Assembly (NCBI GenBank): GCA_963674965.2
Contig: CAXXFL010000007.1
Coordinates: 480,001 to 544,000, forward strand
Direction: 5' to 3'
Source of the DNA: a bacterium
GTDB taxonomy: Bacteria; RBG-13-61-14; DATKZS01
Length of the DNA: 64,000 nt
In this document: one piece after another, positions 39,513 through 49,141 of the stretch
Position numbering within the stretch: position 1 is the first letter of the stretch
Layout: every line of letters starts with the position of its first letter
Translations under genes and position numbers: made by a program
The notes under the pieces: generated by a model
Database searches by the model: none
What the model saw: only the letters and a program-made list of their open reading frames with translations
What the model was told of the DNA's origin: nothing

Positions 39513-39693
39513 GTCGAAATAATGGCACGGAGGAAAAGGCATGTCAATGATTGTTTTGAACAGGTAACCCACGAATGAGCAGGAGGGTTGAAACTCGGAA
39601 CGGTCAATAATATAGTTGCCATGCATCTTTCGCGGTGGAATAACGGCGTGGAAATCCGACTGATTATTATGTCCCGTTTCCAGGAGAGAACCG

Positions 39694-40329
39694 ATGAGAA
39701 ACAGGCAATTTATCGCTTTGGTTTTATTTTTGGCGCTTGGTTTCTTTCCCGCCTATGCCGGCGGGCCCGGCGGCGCGAAGGGGGGAGGGCTGTTGAAAGT
39801 TACTTCAACTATCGCCATGAAAGCCATGGCTTTGGCCGCGAGGAGCGGCAAGACCAAACCCGTGATAGTCGAGCACGAGTTAAAGGACGTCACGCCGGAG
39901 ATGATCACCTGGTGGTGGGACAATATCCGGGACACGGAACGTTACAAGCTGTGGCATCCACAGGACCACATAGCTTTCGAGTGGGTGGTCCCTCCCGACC
40001 GGGGCCACGTGGGGGCCGTGCAGAAGGCCTCGGAAAAGATCGGGGGAGTGCCCATGACTTTCCTGATCAGGTGGGAGGACCCCAAGTCGTTGGCCGGCTC
40101 ATACCAATTCGTCCTGGCCGCGAGCATTATCTCGGATGACGGCGACGTAATCATGCGCTTTTCCCATGAATACGAGGCCGCCCCCTATGGCGCGCGCATG
40201 AGATCGACCTTCCACGTCCCGAGCGGCGTCTACTGGATCATCCACAAAGGCCTGCGCAAGCATAATATCGAGGAGATGGCCCGGTTCAGCGAGTTCCTTC
40301 CCGACCTCTACGAACAACGCGAGCGGTAA
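39694..40329 (+). CDS. DAPG hydrolase PhlG-like protein with a signal peptide
   Basis: VTPEMITWWW, RYKLWHPQDH, MRSTF and HNIEEM..FLPDLY motifs. Confidence 0.8.
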   Translation: MRNRQFIALVLFLALGFFPAYAGGPGGAKGGGLLKVTSTIAMKAMALAARSGKTKPVIVEHELKDVTPEMITWWWDNIRDTERYKLWHPQDHIAFEWVVPPDRGHVGAVQKASEKIGGVPMTFLIRWEDPKSLAGSYQFVLAASIISDDGDVIMRFSHEYEAAPYGARMRSTFHVPSGVYWIIHKGLRKHNIEEMARFSEFLPDLYEQRER

Positions 40330-40417
40330 AGCGACTTTGCATTAGTCGCCGAACCCGTTCGGGCTCGATACCTAGGAGCGTAAGGCGATGGATACATTCC
40401 TTTAAAGAGAACGCGAA

Positions 40418-40443
40418 CGCCTTCCCCACGGGCGGGGAAGGCG
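40418..40443. terminator. Hairpin between convergent genes
   Basis: CGCCTTCCCC-6 nt-GGGGAAGGCG. Confidence 0.45.
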
Positions 40444-40464
40444 CGGCTTGCAAGACGGTCTCGG

Positions 40465-40920
40465 TCAGTTTTCCGTCATGATCTCATCGTCGTAGATCAT
40501 CTCGAAGCGCAGCTTGTGTTTGGCTTCCTCCTGGGCCAGTCCCTTGAAGGCGTCGACCAGGGTGGGCTCGGACACCCGCGAGGCCAGGTCCATATAAAGG
40601 CGGAAGGCGGCCTTTTCCTTTTTCATGGCCACGATAAGGGCCTCCTGGAAGCTCATGTCGGGCTTGGCCTCCACGTCCACCAGGTAGTCGCTCATCTTGA
40701 GGTCCGCCACCTTCTGCTTGGCGTTCATCATGAGCTTTCCGTCCTTGACCGCCTGTAGCTTACCCTTGTGGCCCATCTCCTCGAGGGCGAAGCCCTGGAA
40801 CATGTCCTTCATCGCCTCGCTTTTCGATTTGTCGGCCAGGCCCATGTAGAACTCGTAGGCCTCCTGTTCCCGGGCCATGGCGTAATCCAATATTTCCTCG
40901 ACCGATCCAAAATTTGACAT
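40465..40920 (-). CDS. Ferritin-like (rubrerythrin diiron domain) protein
   Basis: E..A..FY, EEMGH and EEAKH motifs. Confidence 0.9.
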   Translation of the reverse strand: MSNFGSVEEILDYAMAREQEAYEFYMGLADKSKSEAMKDMFQGFALEEMGHKGKLQAVKDGKLMMNAKQKVADLKMSDYLVDVEAKPDMSFQEALIVAMKKEKAAFRLYMDLASRVSEPTLVDAFKGLAQEEAKHKLRFEMIYDDEIMTEN

Positions 40921-41034
40921 TATATTTACCTCCTCAAATAATCCTGGATACTAAGCTTTCACTCCTCGCGCCGGCCGTCGGCGCGGCCATACCAGTGTAG
41001 ACAATACCTCCGGTTCACTCAAACCGGCCCTCGA

Positions 41035-42042
41035 TCAATACCCTTGCTCGCCTTCGACTTTTCCCTTGAAGATGTAGTAGGTCCAGACCTGATAGGCGAT
41101 AACCAGGGGCAGGAGTACCAGGGTCACCCCCAGCATGATCTTCAGGGTGAGGGGGCTGGAGGACGCGTTGTAAATGGTCACGTCATAGTCCCTCGACAGG
41201 CTCGAGGGCAATATAACCGGATACAGCCCGGCCACCCCGAACATGACGCACGATATGATGGCCACGCCCGAGGCCAGCCAGGCCTTGAAGTATTGGCCCT
41301 TCCTCGATAAAAGGAACACGCCCGCGAGGCATCCCGCGGCGAGCAGGGGTATAACGAAAAGGACCTTGCTGGAAAGATAGTTGTCGTAAAGCCGGGTCTG
41401 GAACCAGGTGACGATCAAAAAGGCCACCACTACCGAGACCAGCGCGTACCACAGCTTTCCGGCCAGGGCCGCCGCCCGCTCGGCCATCTCCCCCTCCGTC
41501 TTCACCGCCAGCCAGAGGCAGCCGTGAACCAGGAAGAAAAGCAGGAACAGGAGGCCGCCGAGTAACCCGTAGAAGTTAAGCAGCGTAAGGATCGTGCCGT
41601 CGGATATCCCTTCCCCGTCGATGGGGATGCCCATGAAGATGTTGGCGAAGGCCACGCCCAGGAGCAGGGCGGGAAGGAAACTGCCCGCCACGAACAGGGC
41701 GTCCCAGGCCTTCTTCGCCCAGGCGGACTCGCTTTCCTCGCGCAGGGCCACCGCCGCCCCCCGCAGGATGAGGGCGAACAGGAGCAGCATGAGCGCCGAG
41801 TAAAGGGCGCTGAACATGGTGGCGTAGGCCTCGGGGAAGGCCGCGAAGGTCACGCCTCCCGCGGCTATCAGCCAGACCTCGTTGCCGTCCCAATAGGGAC
41901 CGATGGCCGCGTAGGCGCTCCGTTTTTCCTCCTCGTTTTTGGCCAGGAAGGGAAGCAGGGTACCAACGCCCAGGTCGAAGCCGTCCAGCGCGAAGTAAAC
42001 CGCCCATAACACGCCCCACAGAATAAACCAGATGGTCTGCAT
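41035..42042 (-). CDS. cydB: Cytochrome bd ubiquinol oxidase subunit II
   Basis: LDGFDLGVG and PYWDGNEVWL motifs. Confidence 0.96.
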   Translation of the reverse strand: MQTIWFILWGVLWAVYFALDGFDLGVGTLLPFLAKNEEEKRSAYAAIGPYWDGNEVWLIAAGGVTFAAFPEAYATMFSALYSALMLLLFALILRGAAVALREESESAWAKKAWDALFVAGSFLPALLLGVAFANIFMGIPIDGEGISDGTILTLLNFYGLLGGLLFLLFFLVHGCLWLAVKTEGEMAERAAALAGKLWYALVSVVVAFLIVTWFQTRLYDNYLSSKVLFVIPLLAAGCLAGVFLLSRKGQYFKAWLASGVAIISCVMFGVAGLYPVILPSSLSRDYDVTIYNASSSPLTLKIMLGVTLVLLPLVIAYQVWTYYIFKGKVEGEQGY

Positions 42043-42045
42043 GGC

Positions 42046-43455
42046 TCAGTCCTCCTCTCCCGGCGCCTCGGAGTCGGGTCCGCTCGGGCCGCCCGCCGGC
42101 TCGGGGCCTCTCACGGCGTACTTGTAAAGAAGGAAGAAGTCCGCCAAACCGAGGGCGCCGTAAACCAGCACGAACCCGATGAGGGTGGTCAGCACCTGGG
42201 ACGCGGCGATGGGCGAGACGGCGTCCCCGGTCCTCATCACGCCGTGGACTATCCAGGGCTGCCTGCCCACCTCGGCCAGCATCCATCCGGCCTCGAGGGC
42301 CACGTAGGGGAGGGGAATGGCCAGGACCAGTATCCAGGGCAATCGGGGGAACTTATCCTCGAGCCAGTCCCGGAGCTTAAGGAACGGCCCCAGCCTTCCT
42401 TCCATGAACTCCCGGCTCATGGACATGAACACGCCGTAGGCCGCCAGGGCGGGAAACAGGAAACCCAGCCCCACCATGACCCTGAAGGCCCAGAAGGTCA
42501 AGGCCACGGGCGGCCTGTCCTCCTTGGGCCACTCCTTGAGTCCCTTGACCTCGGCGTCCATCGAGTGGTAAGCGAGAAGGCTCAAGGCCCCGGGTATCCT
42601 GATGGCCTCGATCCGGTTCCTTTCATTGTCCTCGTCCGTAAAAAGGATGAGGGTTTGAGGCGCCCCTTTTTGGGTCTCCCACAGGGCCTCCATGGCCGCC
42701 AGCTTGGCGGGCTGGTGCTGGGCCACCAAGGCCCCGTTGGCGTGCCCGTGGATCACCTCGATCACGGCGAAGACCAGGGCCCATATCGAGGCCAGCTTGA
42801 AGGACCGGCGGAAAAAGTCCTCCTCATTCTTTTTCAAAAGGTGGTACGCGCTTATGCCCATGACGAAGAAAGCCCCCAGAATAAAGGCCCCCGTCACGGT
42901 GTGAATGAACTCGTAGACGGCGTTCTTCTGAGTGATGACGGCGAGGAAGTCGGTCAGCTCGGCCCGTCCCGTCGCTTCATTGAAGGTATAGCCCACGGGA
43001 TGCTGCATCCAGGCGTTGGCCGCCAGTATCCAGAAGGCGGAGATATTCGAGGCCAGGGCCACGAGCCAAATGGAGAGGGCGTGGAACTTGGGGGACACCC
43101 TGTTCCATCCGAAAATCCACACGGCCAAAAAGGTCGATTCCATGAAGAAGGCCAGGGTGGCCTCGATGGCGAGTAGGGACCCGAAGATATCGCCCACGTA
43201 CCTCGAGTATCCGGACCAGTTGGTCCCGAACTGGAACTCGAGGGTTATGCCCGTCACGACTCCCACGGCGAAGTTGATGACGAACAGCCGGCCCCAGAAC
43301 CTGGCCATCCGCTTGTAGGTCTCGTCGCCGGTCCGGACGTAGATGGTTTCCATGATCGCGACCAGAACGGACAGTCCCAGGGTAAGGGGCACGAAAAGGA
43401 AATGGAACATGGCCGCCGCGGCGAACTGCAGTCGGGAAAGCAAAAGGACGTCCAT
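42046..43455 (-). CDS. cydA: Cytochrome bd ubiquinol oxidase subunit I
   Basis: HFLFVPLT, EFQFGTNW, QPAKLAAME and EVGRQPW motifs. Confidence 0.97.
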   Translation of the reverse strand: MDVLLLSRLQFAAAAMFHFLFVPLTLGLSVLVAIMETIYVRTGDETYKRMARFWGRLFVINFAVGVVTGITLEFQFGTNWSGYSRYVGDIFGSLLAIEATLAFFMESTFLAVWIFGWNRVSPKFHALSIWLVALASNISAFWILAANAWMQHPVGYTFNEATGRAELTDFLAVITQKNAVYEFIHTVTGAFILGAFFVMGISAYHLLKKNEEDFFRRSFKLASIWALVFAVIEVIHGHANGALVAQHQPAKLAAMEALWETQKGAPQTLILFTDEDNERNRIEAIRIPGALSLLAYHSMDAEVKGLKEWPKEDRPPVALTFWAFRVMVGLGFLFPALAAYGVFMSMSREFMEGRLGPFLKLRDWLEDKFPRLPWILVLAIPLPYVALEAGWMLAEVGRQPWIVHGVMRTGDAVSPIAASQVLTTLIGFVLVYGALGLADFFLLYKYAVRGPEPAGGPSGPDSEAPGEED

Positions 43456-43486
43456 TAATGATCCTCCCGGTCTCGGGCGGGGGCCT

Positions 43487-44224
43487 TCAAGCCGACTCCC
43501 GCCTCTTGTTGTCTATCGCGGCTAGAGCGGACTTGGCCGCGTCGCCCACCGTCCATCTCCGAAGACGCCCGTCAAGATAGAGATCGAACTCCGAGTCGTC
43601 TCCGGCCAGTTTCCCGAGGGCGTCCCTTTGCTCGATCGCCTCGATAAGACCCAGCGCGAAAGCGGCCAGGCCCCTGGCCTCGGGATCGGGCGAGTCGAGA
43701 AACGCGGCAACGTAAGGCCCGGCGTGGGCCACCAGTCCGGGCCGGTCCAGGGCCACCCGGCCCACGCCCCATAAGGCGCCTTTAAGGAGCGGCTCGTAAT
43801 CAAGATAAAGCCCCTCCGGCGCCAGGAAAGAAACCAGGAGGTGGGAAAACTCCTCGGCCAGCTGATCGTTATTGGCCATGATCTCGGCCATGGACTCGGG
43901 CGCGCCGAAGGCGCAGCCGCCGCACTCCTCGTTGAGGTTCCAGGCCTGGCGGCGAAGGAGGGTCCGCGCCGCCTCGAGGTCGCGGCCGGCAAGCCCGGCG
44001 ACGACCTGGCCGATGGCGGTGACGGCCCGCCACTTGATCCAGGGCTTGTCGCTTACAAGGGCGGACAGGAGGGCCCGGATGACGGGCCGAGGCGAAAGCT
44101 CGGCCATTTCTTTCATGGCCTCATCCTGGTTCGGGGACTCGAGGAGCGCGAGTACTTGTATTCTTACCGGGGCGCTTCCCTCGACGCTTCTCGAGCCGAC
44201 CCCATGGCCGCCGGGCCGATTCAT
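43487..44224 (-). CDS. HEAT-repeat protein (DVU0298-like)
   Basis: WNLNEECGG..FGAPESMAEI and GALWGVGR; start uncertain. Confidence 0.75.
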   Translation of the reverse strand: MNRPGGHGVGSRSVEGSAPVRIQVLALLESPNQDEAMKEMAELSPRPVIRALLSALVSDKPWIKWRAVTAIGQVVAGLAGRDLEAARTLLRRQAWNLNEECGGCAFGAPESMAEIMANNDQLAEEFSHLLVSFLAPEGLYLDYEPLLKGALWGVGRVALDRPGLVAHAGPYVAAFLDSPDPEARGLAAFALGLIEAIEQRDALGKLAGDDSEFDLYLDGRLRRWTVGDAAKSALAAIDNKRRESA

Positions 44225-45417
44225 TTGACCGACTCGTTCACCATTTTCCCTATCTTCCTTCCCAGTTCGACGCAGGGCTTCAAGGCCGCGTGGTCGGGCA
44301 CGTAGTTGACCTTGACCCCCGGGTCCACCACCTCGATTTTCGCTTCCTCGAGGGCCTGGTTGATCATCTTCACCGACTCGCCGCTCCAGCCGTAGGAGCC
44401 GAAGGCCGCGGCTATCTTGTTCCTCGGCCGAAGTCCCCTGCCGTACATGAGGAAGTCCGCCACCAGGGGAAGCATGCCGTTATTGAAGGTGGGCGAACCA
44501 ACGATCAGGGCCTTGGCGTCAAGAAGCTCGGTCATGACGTCGCTTCTGTGAGTGTGCTTCAGGTTCATCATCTTCAGGTTCACGCCCTCCCCCAGCGCTC
44601 CGTCGGCGATGGCCTTGGCCATGATCTCGGTGGAATGCCACATGGTGTCGTAAACGAGAAGGACCTTGCGGGATGGCTCCTGGGCGCTCCATTTCGCGTA
44701 GGCCTCGATTATCTTGCCCGGGTCCCTTCGCCAGGCCAGGCCGTGGTCGCAAAGGATGGTATCGATCTCGAGGCCCATGCCTTGCACGTCGGAGATAAGC
44801 TTTTGCACCTGGGGCGAGAAAAGCAAGAGGATGTTCGCGTAGTACTTGGCCGCGTGCCGGAAAAGCTCGGGCTGGTCGACCTCGTCGTCGAACCTCTCGC
44901 TGGTGGCCCAATGCTGTCCAAAGGCGTCGCTCGAGACGAGAATCCTGTCCTCCTTGATATAGGAGAACATGCTGTCGGGCCAGTGGAGCATGCGGGTTTC
45001 GAGGAAGCTGAGGGTCCGCTTCCCGATGCTTATCTCCTCCCCGCTCTCGACAACGTGGAAGGGCCAGTCCTCGCGATGGAAATGGGCCAAGAGGGCCTTC
45101 TTGCCCAGCTTCGAGCAGATGACCTTCTCCGGCTTGATCGCCTCGATCACCTCGGGCAGGGATCCCGAGTGGTCCATTTCCACGTGGTTGACCACGATGT
45201 AATCTATCTTCGACGGGTCGATCACGCGCCGGATATTGTGCATCAGGTCGCTTTTAAAACCCTTTTTCACCGCGTCGAAAAGGGTGACCTTTTCGTCCAG
45301 CGCCAGATAGGCGTTATAGCTCGTGCCCCTCTCGGTCGAGTAGCCGTGAAAATCGCGCACGTCCCAATCGACGGCGCCTACCCAATACAGATCGTCGGTT
45401 ACCTTAACGGGCGGCAT
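44221..45417 (-). CDS. fprA: A-type flavodiiron protein (FprA/ROO)
   Basis: HVEMDHSG, HWPDSM, DAFGQH; flavodoxin domain AFGSYGWSG. Confidence 0.95.
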   Translation of the reverse strand: MPPVKVTDDLYWVGAVDWDVRDFHGYSTERGTSYNAYLALDEKVTLFDAVKKGFKSDLMHNIRRVIDPSKIDYIVVNHVEMDHSGSLPEVIEAIKPEKVICSKLGKKALLAHFHREDWPFHVVESGEEISIGKRTLSFLETRMLHWPDSMFSYIKEDRILVSSDAFGQHWATSERFDDEVDQPELFRHAAKYYANILLLFSPQVQKLISDVQGMGLEIDTILCDHGLAWRRDPGKIIEAYAKWSAQEPSRKVLLVYDTMWHSTEIMAKAIADGALGEGVNLKMMNLKHTHRSDVMTELLDAKALIVGSPTFNNGMLPLVADFLMYGRGLRPRNKIAAAFGSYGWSGESVKMINQALEEAKIEVVDPGVKVNYVPDHAALKPCVELGRKIGKMVNESVK

Positions 45418-45502
45418 CGGTCCTCCTTACCGTGTTGAATAAATTTGGCCGAGCCACCGGCCGGTCCGCTCTTGGCGGACCTCGCCCAATGGCCCCATGT
45501 CC

Positions 45503-45664
45503 CTACTTCTCGGGATAAAACATCGACTTCTCGGCGCCGCAAACCGGGCAGTGCCAGTCGTCGGGCAGGTCCTCGAACTTAGTCCCCGGAGCCGCGCCCC
45601 CGTCGGGGTCTCCCTTGGCCGGGTCGTAAACGTAACCGCAAACTCCGCATACGTATTTTTCCAT
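45503..45664 (-). CDS. Rubredoxin (absent from the ORF track)
   Basis: Translated by hand: [41 protein letters not shown]. Confidence 0.93.
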   Translation of the reverse strand: MEKYVCGVCGYVYDPAKGDPDGGAAPGTKFEDLPDDWHCPVCGAEKSMFYPEK

Positions 45665-45726
45665 TACCATAGCTCCTTACTTCAAGTTATTTCGCCCTGG
45701 GCGATAGGGGGTATCCCGACCTCGGG

Positions 45727-45912
45727 TCAGGCCCCCGCGTTATACTCGCATTTGGTAAAGTCCACTTTCTTGCCGCATTTCTTGCAGGAGTGCTCCTTGT
45801 CGAACTCGTCGGAGAAAATCTCCAGCTCGGCGCCGCACTCGGGGCAGGCGCACTTGAAGGACTGAAGCGTTTTAAAGCTTTCGTATCCGGGGCAATGCTT
45901 TGGGGTCCACAT
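45727..45912 (-). CDS. Small Cys-rich Zn/Fe-ribbon protein
   Basis: HCPG, CPECG..EIFSDE and CKKCG; AAGGAGG RBS. Confidence 0.8.
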   Translation of the reverse strand: MWTPKHCPGYESFKTLQSFKCACPECGAELEIFSDEFDKEHSCKKCGKKVDFTKCEYNAGA

Positions 45913-45946
45913 TTTAATCCTCCTTTCGATAGGGTCGGATAAAGCG

Positions 45947-46393
45947 CTATCCGCTTTTTTTCTCCATCTTCTCGCCCACCGACCTTCCGTAATCCTGCGC
46001 CATTTTAATACCGCCCCCCAGGTTGGGGTCCTTGAGGCGGAGAGGGTCGCCGACCATGTCCATTTTAAATACGTTCTTCATGGTGTCGTAAACCCGCTCG
46101 AGTCCCTCCCCGCTCCAGCCGAAGGCGCCGAAGGCCGCGCCGACCTTGCCCTCCAGGTTGGCCTTCTCGGCCAGGAAGAGCATGGTCTTCATGGTCTGTA
46201 TCATCTCGCCGTGGTAAGTGGGAGAGCCCAGGACCAGGGCGTCGTGTCCCTCCAGGTCCTCGGGTTTCTTTATGTCCGCTATGTCCACCACCTTGGCCTG
46301 GTTGCCGGTGAACCTTATCCCCTCCGCTATCAGAGAGGCGATGGCCTTGGTGTTGCCCGTCCTCGTCGCGAAAACCACAAGCGCGCTTCCCAT
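45947..46393 (-). CDS. Flavodoxin-domain protein
   Basis: TRTGNT, GSPTYHG and AFGAFGWSGE motifs. Confidence 0.9.
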   Translation of the reverse strand: MGSALVVFATRTGNTKAIASLIAEGIRFTGNQAKVVDIADIKKPEDLEGHDALVLGSPTYHGEMIQTMKTMLFLAEKANLEGKVGAAFGAFGWSGEGLERVYDTMKNVFKMDMVGDPLRLKDPNLGGGIKMAQDYGRSVGEKMEKKSG

Positions 46394-46990
46394 TCAGTCG
46401 TCCTCCCTCATCGGCTCGCCGGCCGCGGCCCTTTTGCCCAGCTCGAGGGCCTTGGCCAGGGCGTCCGGCATGTCGTTTACGTCAGCTTTTCCCTCGACCT
46501 TCCTGAAGAAGGCCCCGCCCTCGTAGCTCATGTCCAGGGCGTCGTAAAAGTACTTGCCCATCATCTCGTATCCGTCGAAAAGGGTCTTTCCCCGGGTCGC
46601 GCCAACTCCGATCAGGTAGCCCTTGCCGCTATCGTAGCGCTTCCTGTCCTCTCCCTTTTTCCTCAACATGCGGCCGGACCACCGGGCCTGGGACCTGTCC
46701 ACCAGGGCCTTGACCTGGGCCGGGGCCGCGTAAAAAAACATGGGAGCGCTGAGTATAATCGCGTCGGCCTCGTCCAGGAGAGGATACACCTGGTCCATGT
46801 CGTCGCGCTGCACGCACTCGCCCGTCTTGTCGCATCCGCCGCACTCGAGGCAGCCGTTGATTTTCAGCTTGCGGGCGTAGACCTTTTTTATCGTCGCTCC
46901 CGCCTGGGCCGCCCCTTCCAGGGCCTTGTCCAGAAGAAGGTCGCTGTTGCCGCCCTTTCTCGGGCTTCCATAAATTCCAAGTACCACCAT
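46394..46990 (-). CDS. Iron-sulfur flavoprotein / NADPH-dependent FMN reductase family
   Basis: GSPRKGGNS and CLECGGC..GECVQRDDM motifs. Confidence 0.9.
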   Translation of the reverse strand: MVVLGIYGSPRKGGNSDLLLDKALEGAAQAGATIKKVYARKLKINGCLECGGCDKTGECVQRDDMDQVYPLLDEADAIILSAPMFFYAAPAQVKALVDRSQARWSGRMLRKKGEDRKRYDSGKGYLIGVGATRGKTLFDGYEMMGKYFYDALDMSYEGGAFFRKVEGKADVNDMPDALAKALELGKRAAAGEPMREDD

Positions 46991-47013
46991 GTCTGGCTCC
47001 GGAGGATAGCGGC

Positions 47014-47199
47014 TCAACCCAGCCTGGGGTCGCCCGCTCCTCCCTCGGTCCCCCCGCACTCGGGAATATAGCACGTCACGTTAAGAAACTCGCACTCCTG
47101 GCCGCAGGACGGACACTTATTGGGCGGGGCAGGGGCCTCGAGGGTGTAGCCGCAATTGGAACACTTCCACTGTAATTTTTCAGGCGCGTTCTGGTTCAT
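47014..47199 (-). CDS. Small rubredoxin-like protein
   Basis: [16 protein letters not shown] and TCYIPECG. Confidence 0.8.
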   Translation of the reverse strand: MNQNAPEKLQWKCSNCGYTLEAPAPPNKCPSCGQECEFLNVTCYIPECGGTEGGAGDPRLG

Positions 47200-47213
47200 T
47201 TTTTTCTCCTTCC

Positions 47214-47234
47214 AGATGGTAAAGATTACCATCT
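47214..47234. promoter_or_regulatory. Candidate internal PerR/Fur-type operator
   Basis: Perfect 9-3-9 palindrome AGATGGTAA-AGA-TTACCATCT with the same GTAA-N3-TTAC core as the site at 59451. Confidence 0.6.
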
Positions 47235-47272
47235 ATGGAATTGGTTACAAAACTTAGCCGCTTAGGAGTGGG

Positions 47273-48841
47273 CTATTCTCTATTTGTCTTCTTGTTTTCT
47301 TCCGTCTTCCCCGGCGCGGGAAAAGGGCCATAGATATTATTGAGGGCCTCCTTGATCGCGATTTCATCTTCCATTTCCCTTAAGTTGGAAGAGAGCTTCC
47401 ATCGGCCGTCGGCGAAAACGCCATAATCCGCGCCCATCATGGCCGAGGCGAAGCGGGTGGAATTGGCGTAGAACAGCCACTGCTTAACCCATTTTATCTC
47501 GAGAGTGTCGTTAAAAATCCCGTTGCCCTGGGCCGGTCCTTTTGCCGCTCCCGTCTCCCATCCCTTATAGAGAAGGTCGGCGGCCGTCCGGGTCATGGCG
47601 TTCGAGTACTCGATGGTTTTTTCGAAACGCCCGTAATACCCATCCACCCAATCCTGGGAATGGCAAGCCCGGCAAGCGCGCAACATATTGTTTTTACGGG
47701 CTTCCATTTCTTTGGCGTCGATCAGGAATTCCGTTGCCCTCTCTCCGGTAAGATTGGTGGGAAGCGGAAGCTTTCCCTCCCCCTGGGCCACGGATATAAC
47801 CGAGGTATCCGGGCTTTTGGGATGGGGGTGGGCGTAGGGTAGCCCGAAAATCCGCCACGGTAGCCGGTCATTCATCCGGTGGGTCCTTTCAGCCGCGGTC
47901 TCGCCCTCGGCGTCCACCACCAGGCTCACGTGACAAGCCGCGCAAGTGGGCGCCTTGAAGTCCTCGCCCGCGGTCCAGGGCACGGCCTCGAGGTCCCACT
48001 TGTCGCCACTCGCGTAATAGATCGACCCGTGAACGCTGACCGAGTAGACCTTGGCGGCTGGAACGTCCGGCCCGGTGTGACACTTGGCGCAGGCGTAGGG
48101 CGTCCTGGCAAGCTTCATGGAGAAGCCGTGGCGCGGATGGCAGGCGGTACAGGCGCCCAGGCTCGAGTCGGGGTTCACCCGGCCCACTCCCTGGTTGGGC
48201 CAGCCCTCCAGCGTGGGGAAGGTGAAATCTCCGTAGTCCGTTTCCCGCTCGGCCATGCCCGTGACCTTGAGCCTGGTCCCGTGGCAGCCAAGGCAGGAGT
48301 CCGCGTTGGCCTCCATCGTGGCCGCCGCTCCCTTCAGCGCCCCTCCCGAATATTCCATCAGTCCGTTAATCGAGTCGATTAGCTCGGCGTATAGCTTGTT
48401 GGACATGAGGTTACCATAGGCGTGGGACATGAGGTTTTGGCCGAATTGATCGCGCTCGGCCGCGTGACAAACGGCGCAGTCCTCCGGCGTGGGCACGAGT
48501 TTCACTTGCCGCCCGTTATGCTCGAAGGAGTCCGGGCTCGGCTTCCGGGACATGTGGCATTCCGCGCATCCCACCACGAATCCCTTCACGGCCTCGGGGA
48601 TTTCCACGGATGATACCTTAAGAGCTTTCCCGCTTTTTTGCAGGGCCTTGCCCACCGCGGTACTGGAATGGACCCCGCCCTTCCAGTCGGATACGATCCC
48701 CGGCGTGGCCAGGGAGTGGCAGTCCAGGCACTCCGAGCTGGCCTCGCTAAGCTGGGCCGAGGCGCCAAAGGCCCAAAGGTAAAAGACAACCGCCGCCGCC
48801 GTCATGAGCGGCGCCCGAATCCGGCCTTTCAAGAAAATCAT
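47273..48841 (-). CDS. Octaheme hydroxylamine oxidoreductase-like cytochrome c
   Basis: Eight CxxCH motifs, signal peptide, GWPNQGVGRVNPD and AMMGADY. Confidence 0.88.
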   Translation of the reverse strand: MIFLKGRIRAPLMTAAAVVFYLWAFGASAQLSEASSECLDCHSLATPGIVSDWKGGVHSSTAVGKALQKSGKALKVSSVEIPEAVKGFVVGCAECHMSRKPSPDSFEHNGRQVKLVPTPEDCAVCHAAERDQFGQNLMSHAYGNLMSNKLYAELIDSINGLMEYSGGALKGAAATMEANADSCLGCHGTRLKVTGMAERETDYGDFTFPTLEGWPNQGVGRVNPDSSLGACTACHPRHGFSMKLARTPYACAKCHTGPDVPAAKVYSVSVHGSIYYASGDKWDLEAVPWTAGEDFKAPTCAACHVSLVVDAEGETAAERTHRMNDRLPWRIFGLPYAHPHPKSPDTSVISVAQGEGKLPLPTNLTGERATEFLIDAKEMEARKNNMLRACRACHSQDWVDGYYGRFEKTIEYSNAMTRTAADLLYKGWETGAAKGPAQGNGIFNDTLEIKWVKQWLFYANSTRFASAMMGADYGVFADGRWKLSSNLREMEDEIAIKEALNNIYGPFPAPGKTEENKKTNRE

Positions 48842-48845
48842 TTTT

Positions 48846-49043
48846 TCAGCCGCCCGATCCCCTGTCCATCATGCACTCGAACCTTCCCTTGACGCAGCCG
48901 CAAGAAGGGCAGACCCATTCCTCGGGCAGGTCCTCGAAGCTGGTCCCCTTTTCTATCTTGCCTTTCCTGTCTCCCCGATCGGGATTGTAAATATATCCGC
49001 ACGTTCCCACCGGGCATTGATACATATCTTCCGGGTTGGCCAT
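48846..49043 (-). CDS. Rubredoxin
   Basis: [26 protein letters not shown]. Confidence 0.9.
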   Translation of the reverse strand: MANPEDMYQCPVGTCGYIYNPDRGDRKGKIEKGTSFEDLPEEWVCPSCGCVKGRFECMMDRGSGG

Positions 49044-49141
49044 TTCCCTCTCCTTCTTTAACTTGTTAAAAGAGTTAAGTCGCGTCCAAAGGAATATACC
49101 ATTTAGACGCGGCTTTGGCACGAAAAAATACGAATTTCCAT

